A stretch of DNA of 64,000 nt from Rhodospirillaceae bacterium (GCA_038141425.1 JAYQIC010000011.1:319681-383680); one strand, 5' to 3'; positions 32,010-41,512 are shown, counted from the stretch's first letter. Notes: a model not told the origin generated them from the letters alone. A program made the numbers and translations.

Positions 32010-32949
32010 TCAGGGAAGCTGTGACAGCCGGTCCTTGAGCAGCTGCCAGTAACCCGCGACATCGACGTCGCGCAGATAGAGCACGTTGGCCGGGCGGTCG
32101 GTGACCCGCCACCAGTCTGCCACTGTCATCCCCCGGGTCAGGGCGGAGCCGGTTTCGATCTCGACGTTGATATGGCGCCCGCGGTAGAGGTCGGGCCGCA
32201 GCAGGTAGGCGATGACGTTGGGGTCGTGCAGGGGGCCGCCTTGCGAGCCGTATTTCTCCACGTCGAAGCGCTCGAAAAAATCGAGCAGGCCGGCCGTTGC
32301 CGGGCCGGTGGCGTTGGGCATGGCGCGAAAGTCGGCGATGATGGCGTCGCTGGTCAGGGTCTGGTGGGTCAGATCCAGCGGAATCATCACCACTGGGCGC
32401 ACCGCAGTGCATGACCAGGTCGGCGGCTTCTGGATCGACGTAAATGTTGAACTCGGCCGCTGGGGTGGTGTTGCCGCCTTCGAACAGGCCACCGCCCATG
32501 AGCACGATTTCGCGCAGGCGAGGGCCGATTTCGGGCGCCTGACGCAGGGCCTGCCCGAGATTGGTCAGCGGCCCGAGGGCGCAGAGGGTCAGGGTGCCGG
32601 GCGCGCTGTCCATGATCGTCTCAATGATGAAATCGACGGCGTGGCCTTCAGCCAGCGGCATGGTGGGCTCGGCCAGGTCGTAGCCATCGAGACCGGTCTT
32701 GCCGTGGACGTATTCCGCCGTGACCAGTTCACGCTCCAGCGGGGCGCTTGCGCCGGCGAAGACCGGGATGTCGGCGCAGCCCGCCAGCTCGCACACGATC
32801 CGCGCATTGCGGCTGGTCAGGGCCAGTGGAACGTTACCGGCAACGCAGGTGACGCCGCGCACTTCAAGCTCGGGTGAGGCGAGGGCAAGCAGGATCGCCA
32901 AGGCGTCATCCTGGCCGGGATCGGTGTCGATGATGATGGGACGGGGCAT
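32010..32949 (-). CDS. Inosine/uridine-preferring nucleoside hydrolase, frame-disrupted as sequenced
   Basis: N-terminus is IIIDTDPGQDDALAIL (the DXDXXXDD signature). The C-terminal half (VVMIPLDLTHQTL...LHDPNVIAYLL) is in ORF 32010..32492. The slip is at run 32395-32397. Confidence 0.85.
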
Positions 32950-33077
32950 GGGTGGGGGTCACTCCGGGACCGTGATAGGGAGTGGGCGGCAGTCTTCAGC
33001 ATTTTGAGGCGTGGGTCCAGCGGTCTGGGCTCGGCGGTCGGGGTCGTGGCTCATGGTTCATGGAGGCCAAGATTTCG

Positions 33078-33420
33078 GTTGCGCCGACTTGTCCCCGACC
33101 GCGCTTCGCGCGACGGGGCCAAGCGTCGCGCATTTTCCATGAAAATGCGAAAAGACGTCAGGCTGCGAGAAGCGCGGCCTGTCCGTTTGACTGCGCGGGG
33201 GAGATTTGTAAGCCGCGAAGCGGCGTCAAATCGAGCACTCGAGCATTTGCGCTCAAAACGGCTTCGCTGTGAGCTCAACACGTGTTGGGGACCTTTGATG
33301 GAGAACGATACTGAACGCCTTTCGACAGGCTCAGGCTGAAAATCACGTGTTGAGTGTCAAAAGAACAGGTGGCGGGCTCGGTCCTCGGCCGCTTCGCGGC
33401 CTTCGGCCCTCCCCCGCGCA
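33078..33420. repeat. Hairpin-repeat mosaic cluster D (H2-H3-H1-H4-H5)
   Basis: H2 at 33078-33132, H1 at 33191-33238, H5-like at 33329-33418. Confidence 0.9.
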
Positions 33421-33455
33421 AACCAGCGTCGGAGCACAATGCCCCGGGAAAGCCC

Positions 33456-33955
33456 TCAGTCCAGCACCGCCAGCGCATTGAAGCAGTCATCGATCTTGGT
33501 GCCATCCCCCTTCTGACACGTGGTCACATCCACCACTTCGAAGGCCTCAAAGCCAGCACAGCCCTGCTCGATATCCAGGGCGGCTTCGGCAAAACGCTCC
33601 TTGCCGGTGCGGGGGTTCTTGAAGGTCACCCGCCGGCTCGTGCGGTACTCGCCCCGCCCGTTCAGAAACTGAACCTCCAGCTCCACCTTCTTCAGATCCA
33701 CTTCAAAGCCATTGCCCAGCCCGAAAATCAACGTGCAGCGGTTGGCCTTGTCCACGGACTGCCGCGCCTCCTCAGTGCCAGCTCCAGCAGGCCGGAGCCG
33801 GTCCCACCCCCCTCAGGATCGGTCGACCAGGTGCCGTTGGAAAACAGATAAACCCGCGCGCCATCGGCGGTAAATGCAGTCTTTTGCGCGGTTGCCACCC
33901 GGCCAGCGATCAAGGCAATGACCGTGGCAAGGAGCAGGATCAGCAGGCGCCACAT
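33456..33955 (-). CDS. Secreted hypothetical protein, frame-disrupted as sequenced
   Basis: ATG 33955 follows GGAGG. Signal peptide MWRLLILLLATVIALIAGRVATA, then ADGARVYLFSNGTW. The C-terminal part is ORF 33456..33755. The likely slip is in C-run 33807-33812. Confidence 0.6.
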
Positions 33956-34116
33956 AACGAAAGCCTCCGAAGTTTTACAACTTAATAGGGTAAATCTACC
34001 GATATATCCAACGTTAAATGCCTGCGCGCGCGCCAGTTCTGACAAAGCGTCGCCTTGACGGAACGACCCGCGCGAGGCACTTCCACTCGCAGGAAATCAA
34101 GGACGCATTCCAGTCA

Positions 34117-35919
34117 ATGACCGCCATCGAAAACATTCGTAACTTCGCCATCATCGCCCACATCGATCACGGCAAGTCGACCCTCGCCGACCGGCTGATC
34201 CAGACCACCGGCGGGCTGACCGACCGTGAGATGAAGGAACAGGTGCTCGACAGCATGGAGCTGGAGCGCGAGCGCGGCATTACCATCAAGGCGAACTCGG
34301 TGCGGCTGAACTATCAGGCGCAGGATGGCAAGGACTACGTGCTCAACCTGATCGACACCCCCGGGCACGTCGATTTCGCCTACGAAGTGTCCCGTTCGCT
34401 GTCCGCCTGCGAGGGTTCGCTGCTGCTCGTTGATGCCTCCCAAGGGGTGGAAGCCCAGACGCTGGCCAACGTCTACCTCGCGCTGGAAAACGACCACGAA
34501 ATCATCCCGGTGCTGAACAAGGTCGACCTGCCAGCCGCCGAGCCTGAGCGCGTGCAGCAGCAGATCGAAGACGTCATCGGCCTCGACGCGTCCGACGCCA
34601 TCCACGTCTCCGGCAAGACCGGCGAGGGCGTCCCCGACGTGCTCGAAGCCCTGGTGGAGAAGATTCCAGCCCCGATCGCCAACCCCGACGGCCCGCTGAA
34701 GGCGCTGCTGGTCGACAGCTGGTACGATGTCTACCTCGGCGTGGTCATCCTCGTGCGTGTGGTCGACGGCACCGTCCGTAAGGGTATGAAAATCCGTCTG
34801 ATGGAGACCGGCGCCAGCTACGACATCGACCGCGTCGGCGTCTTCACCCCGCACCGGACCGAAACCGGCGTGCTCGGCCCGGGCGAGCTGGGCTTCATCA
34901 CCGCAGGCATGAAGGCCGTCGGCGACTGCCAGGTCGGCGACACCATCACCGAAGAGCGCAAACCAGCGAACGAACCGCTGCCGGGCTTCAAGCCCTCGGT
35001 CCCCGTGGTGTTCTGTGGCCTCTACCCGTCCGAAGCCGCAGACTTCGACAACCTGCGCGAGTCGCTGTCCAAGCTGGCGCTCAACGATGCGTCGTTCCAG
35101 TTCGAGACCGAAAGCTCGGCCGCGCTGGGCTTCGGCTTCCGCTGCGGCTTCCTCGGGCTGCTGCACCTCGAGATCGTGCAGGAACGGCTCAGCCGCGAGT
35201 TCGACCTCGACCTCGTCACCACCGCACCATCGGTGGTTTACCGGCTACACCTGACCGACGGCACCGAGATGGAAATGCACAACCCGGTCGATATGCCCGA
35301 CGTGCAGCGGGTCGAGTACATCGAAGAGCCGTGGATCAAGGCGACCATCCTCGTCCCCGACGAGCACCTCGGCCCCGTGCTCAAGCTGTGCGAGGAGCGC
35401 CGCGGCGTGCAGCAGGACATGAGCTACATGAACAACCGCGCCGTGGTGGTCTACAAGCTGCCGCTGGCCGAAGTCGTCTTCGACTTCTACGACCGGCTGA
35501 AGTCGATCTCGCGCGGCTACGCCTCCTTCGACTACCAGATCGACGGCTACGAGGAAGGCAACCTGGTCAAGGTCTCGATCCTGATCAACGGGGAACCGGT
35601 CGACGCGCTGGCCATCATGGTCCACCGCGACAAGGCCGAGAGCCGGGGCCGCGACCTCTGTGTCCGCCTCAAGGAGCTGATCCCGCGACAGCTGTTCAAA
35701 ATCGCGATCCAGGCTGCCATCGGCGGCAAGATCATTGCCCGCGAGACCCTGTCCGCCCTGCGCAAGGACGTGACCGCCAAGTGCTACGGCGGCGATGCCA
35801 CCCGGAAGCGCAAGCTGCTGGAAAAACAAAAGGCGGGCAAGAAGCGCATGCGCAACATCGGCAATGTCGATATCCCGCAATCAGCCTTCCTCGCCGCGCT
35901 CAAAATGGGTGACGACTAG
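34117..35919 (+). CDS. lepA: Elongation factor 4
   Basis: [40 protein letters not shown] chose ATG 34117 rather than the ORF-track start at 34018. Confidence 0.97.
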   Translation: MTAIENIRNFAIIAHIDHGKSTLADRLIQTTGGLTDREMKEQVLDSMELERERGITIKANSVRLNYQAQDGKDYVLNLIDTPGHVDFAYEVSRSLSACEGSLLLVDASQGVEAQTLANVYLALENDHEIIPVLNKVDLPAAEPERVQQQIEDVIGLDASDAIHVSGKTGEGVPDVLEALVEKIPAPIANPDGPLKALLVDSWYDVYLGVVILVRVVDGTVRKGMKIRLMETGASYDIDRVGVFTPHRTETGVLGPGELGFITAGMKAVGDCQVGDTITEERKPANEPLPGFKPSVPVVFCGLYPSEAADFDNLRESLSKLALNDASFQFETESSAALGFGFRCGFLGLLHLEIVQERLSREFDLDLVTTAPSVVYRLHLTDGTEMEMHNPVDMPDVQRVEYIEEPWIKATILVPDEHLGPVLKLCEERRGVQQDMSYMNNRAVVVYKLPLAEVVFDFYDRLKSISRGYASFDYQIDGYEEGNLVKVSILINGEPVDALAIMVHRDKAESRGRDLCVRLKELIPRQLFKIAIQAAIGGKIIARETLSALRKDVTAKCYGGDATRKRKLLEKQKAGKKRMRNIGNVDIPQSAFLAALKMGDD

Positions 35920-36042
35920 CGCCACTTAACCGCGTCGGGCTGACATTGGTCGGCCTGACGCGAACCCAGGCGAACCAAGCCCAACCTAGTCCAGCCCAGC
36001 CCAGCCCCGTTCGTTTTGCCTTCCGGCTTCGGTTTCCTGCCT

Positions 36043-36306
36043 TCAGGGCGTGCGGGGGCGCCGATACCGACCCAGATAGAGCAGACCAGCACCGATCAGC
36101 CCGGCAAAGATCCACGGCGGCAGAGAACCTAGTCCGCCTGGCATCCAGTCGCCCGAGCCGGGCCCGGCCAGCAGGGTCGACAGATCACGCAGAGTGAGCA
36201 GCCGTGTCCACGACCCGCCAAAGGCGGCAAACATGCCCTCGATGACCAGCTGCACGACGGCGATGGCCATGAAAACACTGCCCCAAATCCAGATGATGAG
36301 TCGCAT
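36043..36306 (-). CDS. Small membrane protein (hypothetical)
   Basis: ATG 36306 follows GGAG. Two predicted TM helices (MRLIIWIWGSVFMAIAVVQL..., WIFAGLIGAGLLYL). Confidence 0.5.
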   Translation of the reverse strand: MRLIIWIWGSVFMAIAVVQLVIEGMFAAFGGSWTRLLTLRDLSTLLAGPGSGDWMPGGLGSLPPWIFAGLIGAGLLYLGRYRRPRTP

Positions 36307-36414
36307 AGTTGCTCCGTTATGGCCCACGATAAGAGCTATACACCAATCACAGGGGTAATACAGGTCAGCAGGCATTGCGCGGGGCGGGTTTATTGTCTAA
36401 CCAAACGCTCACGC

Positions 36415-36504
36415 GGTGAGGTGGCCGAGTGGCTTAAGGCGCTCGCCTGGAACGCGGGTATAGGGGAAACTCTATCGTGGGTTCGAATCCCACCCTCACC
36501 GCCA
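36415..36504 (+). tRNA. tRNA-Ser (anticodon GGA)
   Basis: Acceptor stem GGTGAGG/CCTCACC, anticodon loop CTGGAAC, long variable arm, T-arm GTGGG-TTCGAAT-CCCAC, encoded CCA. Confidence 0.95.
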
Positions 36505-36766
36505 TTCTTTCTGAATTTTCCTGAATTTCTGGTCTGATGGGCTGATCGGGGTGATTTCAGCGGTCATCAGTGACGCGGAGCGCGCGACACCCAACCCAGC
36601 CTGAAGCGCTGCAATGAAGGTGCACAAGTCCCCATCTGTCTTGACCGGGAAAGGCTGGTCTGGTCGTCTGCCATGGGCTTTAGTCGTTTGGTCCTGAAAT
36701 CCTCGAAATCCTCGGAACCTCTGAACCTTCGAAACCTCGGAACCCTTTATCACTGGGCAGGACCAA

Positions 36767-36967
36767 ATGACCCAAGCCATTGTCGAACTCGAAATCCGTC
36801 TCGAGCATCAGGAAGCCGCGCTCAACGACCTCAGCGACATCGTTGCGAAGCAGCAGCGCGTGATCGATCGCCTGCTCGCCGAAGTCCGTCACCTCAGCTC
36901 GGTGCAGGCGCAGGACGCCGCGACCCCGGGCAGCGCAGCGGATGAAGCCCCGCCGCCGCACTATTGA
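36767..36967 (+). CDS. slyX: SlyX-family protein
   Basis: 66 aa, coiled-coil. LEIRLEHQEAALNDLSDIVAKQQRVIDRL is typical of SlyX. Confidence 0.85.
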   Translation: MTQAIVELEIRLEHQEAALNDLSDIVAKQQRVIDRLLAEVRHLSSVQAQDAATPGSAADEAPPPHY

Positions 36968-36988
36968 ACCATCGGTTGGCGCGCTTAA

Positions 36989-37004
36989 TCAGACATCTGT
37001 CTGA
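36989..37004. promoter_or_regulatory. Perfect 16-bp palindrome (candidate operator)
   Basis: TCAGACA-TC-TGTCTGA, located 135 nt upstream of the first ORF of the nitrile-hydratase-family cluster. Confidence 0.35.
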
Positions 37005-37139
37005 ACCTGAGACGATATTCAATTCGTTAAAGCTAAAACATTAAGTTAGTCTGAAGCGGTTCATTGCCGCGCCCTGTCCTGTGTCCGCTGTCGGCAAAGG
37101 TGAACGACGCAAGCGACATCTCAGAACAGGAGAAGCACA

Positions 37140-37472
37140 ATGGCTGCCCTCGCAATGGTAATGCCGATTCTGCCCGGCAAAAAAGACAAGTGGCTGAAGA
37201 TGATCGAAGAGATCAACAGCCCCGCCGCCAAACCCGATTTCGATGCTGTCCGGGAAAATGCCGGCCTGCACGAGCGTACATTCCTGCAAGAAACGCCCAT
37301 GGGAGATTTTGTGATCCTCACTTACGACGGCGATGACCCCATCGCTGGCTTCGGTCAGATCATGCAGACGATGGACGAAGATTTTGCCGCCTTCGCGCTC
37401 GACGTCCATGGTCTTGACGCTTCGGCGCCGCCGCCGCCCATGCCGCGGCTGGTGTACGACAGCCGTTCGTAG
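37140..37472 (+). CDS. Small hypothetical protein preceding the NHase-family genes
   Basis: 110-aa ORF preceded by GGAGAAG. No family recognised with confidence. Confidence 0.6.
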   Translation: MAALAMVMPILPGKKDKWLKMIEEINSPAAKPDFDAVRENAGLHERTFLQETPMGDFVILTYDGDDPIAGFGQIMQTMDEDFAAFALDVHGLDASAPPPPMPRLVYDSRS

Positions 37473-37621
37473 GCCCGTCACCCCCTAGGCCCGTCACCGT
37501 CACCAGAGGGTAGCGCAGGACCGCTGAGGGTAAGGGCCCTCAGTCGGTCGTTGCTCCCGCCCCGCGCCCTGCTATTCTCCGACGACAAATCCCCTGGCGG
37601 AGAGAGCAGGAGTGCGGGCAA

Positions 37622-37945
37622 ATGACTGAGACCAAGGCCTATCACGACGTTGGCGGCGATGACTTCGGCCCGGTGCCGATGATCGATGGCGAGTATCAGC
37701 TGTGGGAGAAGCGGGTCGATGCCATGATGCGGCTGCTGTCCTCGCCCGGTGTCGCGCTGATGCGGGTCGACGAGCTGCGTCGCGGGATCGAGACGCTGGG
37801 CGAGGCCGCCTACAACGCCGAGCCCTACTACGGCAAGTGGGCGCGGTCGCTGGCCAAGATCATGGTCGAGAAGGGCGTGCTGACCCAGGACGAGCTCGAC
37901 GCAAGGATCGCCGCCCTGCGCGCCGAGCGGGGATTGCCCGAATGA
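37622..37945 (+). CDS. Nitrile hydratase family, beta-subunit N-terminal half as a separate ORF
   Basis: YHDVGGDDFGPVP...WEKRVDAMMRLL...ELRRGIETLG...YYGKWARSLAKIMVEKGVLT matches the N-terminal half of NHase beta. The stop overlaps the next start (ATGA). Confidence 0.8.
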   Translation: MTETKAYHDVGGDDFGPVPMIDGEYQLWEKRVDAMMRLLSSPGVALMRVDELRRGIETLGEAAYNAEPYYGKWARSLAKIMVEKGVLTQDELDARIAALRAERGLPE

Positions 37946-38247
37946 CGGCGGCGCAGTTTGACGTCGGCGACCGGGTGACGGTCCGTGATCTGGCCGCCGA
38001 GACCGGGCTGAGCGGGCATATGCGCGCGCCGGTCTACTGCCGTGGGCACAGCGGTGAGGTCGAGCGGCTGTGCGGTGTGTTCGGCAACCCGGAAACGCTG
38101 GCCTATGGCGGTGACGGCAGCCCGCCCCAGCCGCTGTACCGGGTCCGCTTCCGTCAGGCAGAGGTCTGGCCCGACTACGTCGGCCCCGCCGCCGACACCA
38201 TCGAAATTGAGATTTACCAGCACTGGCTGAAGGCAGCGACGCCATGA
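37942..38247 (+). CDS. Nitrile hydratase family, beta-subunit C-terminal half as a separate ORF
   Basis: FDVGDRVTVRD...HMRAPVYCRGHSGEVERLCGVFGNPE...PQPLYRVRFRQAEVW...IEIEIYQHWL matches the C-terminal SH3-like half of NHase beta. ATGA overlaps on both sides. Confidence 0.8.
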   Translation: MTAAQFDVGDRVTVRDLAAETGLSGHMRAPVYCRGHSGEVERLCGVFGNPETLAYGGDGSPPQPLYRVRFRQAEVWPDYVGPAADTIEIEIYQHWLKAATP

Positions 38248-38912
38248 CCATGACCTCCGCAGGACAGGATCATTCCCACGATCACGATCACGATCACGAC
38301 CACGACCATGATCACGACCATGATCACAGCGCGATCGAGGCCGAGGATACATCGAATTCGGACACCGCACTGCTGGCAGACGCGCTCCGGCTGGTGCTGA
38401 TCGAGAAGGGTATTTTCACGGCGGCTGACGTACAGGCGCAGCTCGACCTGATGGAAACCCGCTCGGACCGCAACGGGGCGCGGTTGGTCGCCCGCGCGTG
38501 GCAGGATCCGGCGTTCAAGGCGGCGCTGCTCGAAGACGGGGCCAAGGCGGCGCTGGATGCTGGTTTCGATATGAAGGGCACGCCGCTGGTGGTGCTGGAG
38601 AACACCGACGCGGTGCACAACGTCGTCGTCTGCACCCTCTGTTCCTGCTACCCCGTGACCCTGCTGGGCCCATCGCCGGAGTGGTACAAGTCCAAGGCCT
38701 ACCGCGGCCGTGTGGTGCGGGATCCGCGCTCGGTGCTCGACGAATTCGGGACGTCGATCGGTGCTGACCGTGAAGTGCGGGTGCACGATTCCACCGCCGA
38801 CATGCGCTATATGATCCTGCCGAAGCGGCCGGCGGGCACGGATGATCTGTCCGAAGCCGCGCTGGCGGATATCGTCACCCGCAACGGCCTGATCGGCGTT
38901 GCCGAAGTCTGA
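38244..38912 (+). CDS. Nitrile hydratase family alpha subunit, cobalt-type metal site, with N-terminal (His-Asp) repeat
   Basis: VVVCTLCSCYP (CTLCSC at 38631-38648) is the Co-type claw motif. The N-terminal DHSHDHDHDHDHDHDHDHDHS is at 38268-38327. Confidence 0.85.
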   Translation: MTMTSAGQDHSHDHDHDHDHDHDHDHDHSAIEAEDTSNSDTALLADALRLVLIEKGIFTAADVQAQLDLMETRSDRNGARLVARAWQDPAFKAALLEDGAKAALDAGFDMKGTPLVVLENTDAVHNVVVCTLCSCYPVTLLGPSPEWYKSKAYRGRVVRDPRSVLDEFGTSIGADREVRVHDSTADMRYMILPKRPAGTDDLSEAALADIVTRNGLIGVAEV

Positions 38913-38955
38913 GACTGCGGTATCGCGGGGTGTGCGGGCGGGGGCGACCTGCGCC

Positions 38956-39441
38956 CTAGCCGTCGAGCAGGACCTCGCCCTCGACTTCAATCGCGAAACC
39001 CATGGGCAGGGCCGCGACGCCGATGGCCGAGCGCGCGTGCCGGCCCACGTCCGGCCCGAAGGCTTCGAGGATCAGATCGCTGAAGCCGTTGACCACAAGA
39101 TGCTGTTCAGTGAACTGCGGGGTCGAGGCCACCATGCCAAAGACCCGCACCCAGCCGCTGACCCGCGACAGCTCTCCGATTTCGGCCTTGAGGTTGGCCA
39201 GCGCAGACAGGGCGATGTCGCGCGCGGCGTCGTAGCCTTCCTGCGTGGTCATATCGGCGCCGAGCGTGGCGAAGGGGCCATTGATCGCGCCTTCGGCGCT
39301 CTGCCGTGGGTGGCCGGAAATCAGGGCGCGGTTGCCCCGGACGTTGATGAAGGAAAACGGCAGCTTCATCCCCGGTGCGAGCTTGATGGGGTCGGGCAGT
39401 TGCAGGCCCAGGGCGGCGATACGGTCTTCAGGCGTGGTCAT
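38956..39441 (-). CDS. RidA/YjgF-family protein
   Basis: 161 aa with a YjgF-like C-terminal pattern (ARSAIGVAALPMGFAIEVEGEV). Confidence 0.75.
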   Translation of the reverse strand: MTTPEDRIAALGLQLPDPIKLAPGMKLPFSFINVRGNRALISGHPRQSAEGAINGPFATLGADMTTQEGYDAARDIALSALANLKAEIGELSRVSGWVRVFGMVASTPQFTEQHLVVNGFSDLILEAFGPDVGRHARSAIGVAALPMGFAIEVEGEVLLDG

Positions 39442-39557
39442 GGTGGCGATACCCCAATGCTAAAGGTGGCGGGACGAGTTGCACCGAGGCTAACCGCGCC
39501 ACCGGGTTCGTCAAGCATCCTGAGGCTGCGCCTGACGCCAGCGTTCAGGCGGCCTGC

Positions 39558-39968
39558 TCAGGCGAAGCGCTCGCCACGGACGAAGCCCACGCGGGTGGTG
39601 GGGAAGTACTGCAGCGGGACGCCGAGATCGTTGATTTTGTCGATCACCGCCTGCGAGACGGTGCCGTAGATTTCGATGGTGAAACTCTCGGCAAGGTCGG
39701 CATGCCTGCCCACGTAGTCGACGACCGGCGGGTTATCGGCGTGGAACAGGAAATCGTCGCTCCGCCGGTATACTTCCGACCAGACCAGCTTGTGCGGGTC
39801 GGTGCTGTCCTGATCGAAGTTGTGGAACAACATGCCCGGCTCGCTGGCCTCGACTTCGGCGTCGACACCGGCCGCGAGATCGAGGTAGGCGTCGAGCTTG
39901 CCGGGGCTGACCGTGATGCGGGCGAGCAGGATAAAGGGGTTGGTGCCGTCAGAGACTGTTGCTGACAT
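39558..39968 (-). CDS. ABM (antibiotic-biosynthesis-monooxygenase-like) domain protein
   Basis: 136 aa. ILLARITVSPGKLDAYL...MLFHNF...WSEVYRRSDDFLFH is typical of a ferredoxin-like ABM fold. Confidence 0.6.
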   Translation of the reverse strand: MSATVSDGTNPFILLARITVSPGKLDAYLDLAAGVDAEVEASEPGMLFHNFDQDSTDPHKLVWSEVYRRSDDFLFHADNPPVVDYVGRHADLAESFTIEIYGTVSQAVIDKINDLGVPLQYFPTTRVGFVRGERFA

Positions 39969-40004
39969 AGTTCATTTCCTCGGTGTGGTTCGTTAGTCGG
40001 GGGG

Positions 40005-41192
40005 TCAGGCTGGCTGGCTCGGGTCATTGCCGCCGCCACTGCTTTCGTTCACTGAACCTCCGGTATTCAGCTTGCTCGACATCATCAGCGCGGCGGCGAT
40101 GATGGCCCAGGCAATGCCGAGGATGATCATGCAGGCGGTGATCGATACGGACTTTGCGATGAAGCCGATGATCGGCGGGCCGAACAGAAAGCCGGCGAAG
40201 GCGAGCAGGTTGACGTCGTTGACCGCAGCGATCGCGTTATCGGTCTCCTCGCGCGCTGCCACCCCGAACAGCACCGGGATGAAGTTGGCGGTGAAGAAGC
40301 CGAAGAAGCCGAAGCCGACAACGATCAGGTAGGGGTTCCCCAGCACGGCCGTTACCAGAAAGATCACGCATCCGAGGATCATGCCCCAGCCCGCGACCAG
40401 CACTTCGCCGAAGCGGTTGATCAGGGCTTCGCCGTACAGACGGGAGACGATTTCAGCAACGTTGAAGGCCATGATGCCGGTCCCGCCGAGCGCGATCGCC
40501 AGCCCGAGATCCCGGGTCAGCCACAGCGCCGACCAGTCGAGGATGATCGAAATGGTCGCCATCGACAGGGCGGCCAACCCACCAAGGAACAGCACCAGTC
40601 CCGAGGGCAGGCGGAAGCCGGGACTCTCGATCGGGTCAAAGGTGACGGTGCGGAACGGCACGAAAAAGATGAACAGGCCGACGAGGATGGTGAGCACGAA
40701 CAGGCCGCCGAACACGAAGGCCGGGGGCATGGCCAGTGCCTGGCTGATCATGCCGATGACCAGTCCCGACAGCGAGCCCGCGGAGAATGAGGCCCAGTGC
40801 AGCGGCTGCAGGCGACGCCCGGAGCGGTTCTCGGCTTGCGTAATCACCGCCAGCGTCGAAGGCTGAATCACCCCGAAGGCGAGGCTGAGCGGGGCGGCGA
40901 GTACGATGAACAGCGTGGTATTCGGCGCGAACACCCAGATGATCAGCGCAAAGGCGAAGACCACGACCGCCAGCCCGGTAATCCTCGGCCCGAAGCGGGG
41001 CAGCAGCACGTGACTGACGAACAGCATGGAGGCGAGGCTGAAGATCCCGAACATCAGCAGGGCAAAGCCGAACATGTCGTACTCGATGCCGAGCAGGTCG
41101 ACCTTCCACGGGATGTAGGACAACCAGCATCCATAGCTGACTAGACAGATGATGACCGCGAGGCGGCTTCCCCAAATCATACGATCGACCAC
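40005..41192 (-). CDS. MFS transporter
   Basis: About 12 TM helices. I chose GTG 41192, which follows GGGAGA (alternative ATG 41180). The upstream part of ORF 40005..41843 is tandem-repeat and non-coding read-through. Confidence 0.75.
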   Translation of the reverse strand: MVDRMIWGSRLAVIICLVSYGCWLSYIPWKVDLLGIEYDMFGFALLMFGIFSLASMLFVSHVLLPRFGPRITGLAVVVFAFALIIWVFAPNTTLFIVLAAPLSLAFGVIQPSTLAVITQAENRSGRRLQPLHWASFSAGSLSGLVIGMISQALAMPPAFVFGGLFVLTILVGLFIFFVPFRTVTFDPIESPGFRLPSGLVLFLGGLAALSMATISIILDWSALWLTRDLGLAIALGGTGIMAFNVAEIVSRLYGEALINRFGEVLVAGWGMILGCVIFLVTAVLGNPYLIVVGFGFFGFFTANFIPVLFGVAAREETDNAIAAVNDVNLLAFAGFLFGPPIIGFIAKSVSITACMIILGIAWAIIAAALMMSSKLNTGGSVNESSGGGNDPSQPA

Positions 41193-41425
41193 GGGTTTTC
41201 TCCCTGTTTGCCTTTTATTCCGGGCCGTCGCCCGGTGTCCGAACCAAACACACTGTGGGCGAAATGCTAAGGCGAAAACCATGGAGATGAGACGGGTGAC
41301 GATGGATTGATAGAACCGGGTCTTTGCGAGGCAGGTGTCTCGAGGTTCCGGGCTGTTTTTGCCCAATCGGCAGGCAGACCCGTGTCGCTGCCCGGCCTCT
41401 GGCTGCGCCCGGATGCTGTCGCGTC

Positions 41426-41512
41426 GGCCGGGGTTCCGGCTGTCGAGCGGGCCGGGGTTCCGGCTGTCGTGCCGGCCGGGGTTCCGGCTGTCATTCCGGC
41501 CGTGGCACGGGG
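41426..41512. repeat. 3.5 copies of a 24-bp tandem repeat
   Basis: GGCCGGGGTTCCGGCTGTC + 5 variable nt, at 41426, 41450 and 41474, with a partial copy at 41498. Lies in the divergent MFS/GFA intergenic region. Confidence 0.9.

Noticed and set aside
37027-37044. CtrA box (TTAA-N7-TTAA) upstream of the NHase cluster.
   Set aside because: The two TTAA half-sites are separated by 10 nt, not 7.
36505-37140. Genomic island integrated at tRNA-Ser.
   Set aside because: There is no integrase or recombinase and no duplicated tRNA 3' end. The next genes (slyX, NHase cluster) have host-like composition.
38244-38912. NHLP-type RiPP precursor (nitrile-hydratase-like leader peptide).
   Set aside because: The ORF is a full-length alpha subunit with an intact CTLCSC metal site and partner beta halves. 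There is no short precursor with a Gly-Gly cleavage motif, and no maturase or transporter genes are nearby.
41426-41512. CRISPR array.
   Set aside because: The repeats are directly tandem, with only 5 variable nt between 19-nt cores. There are no 25-40-nt spacers and no cas genes.
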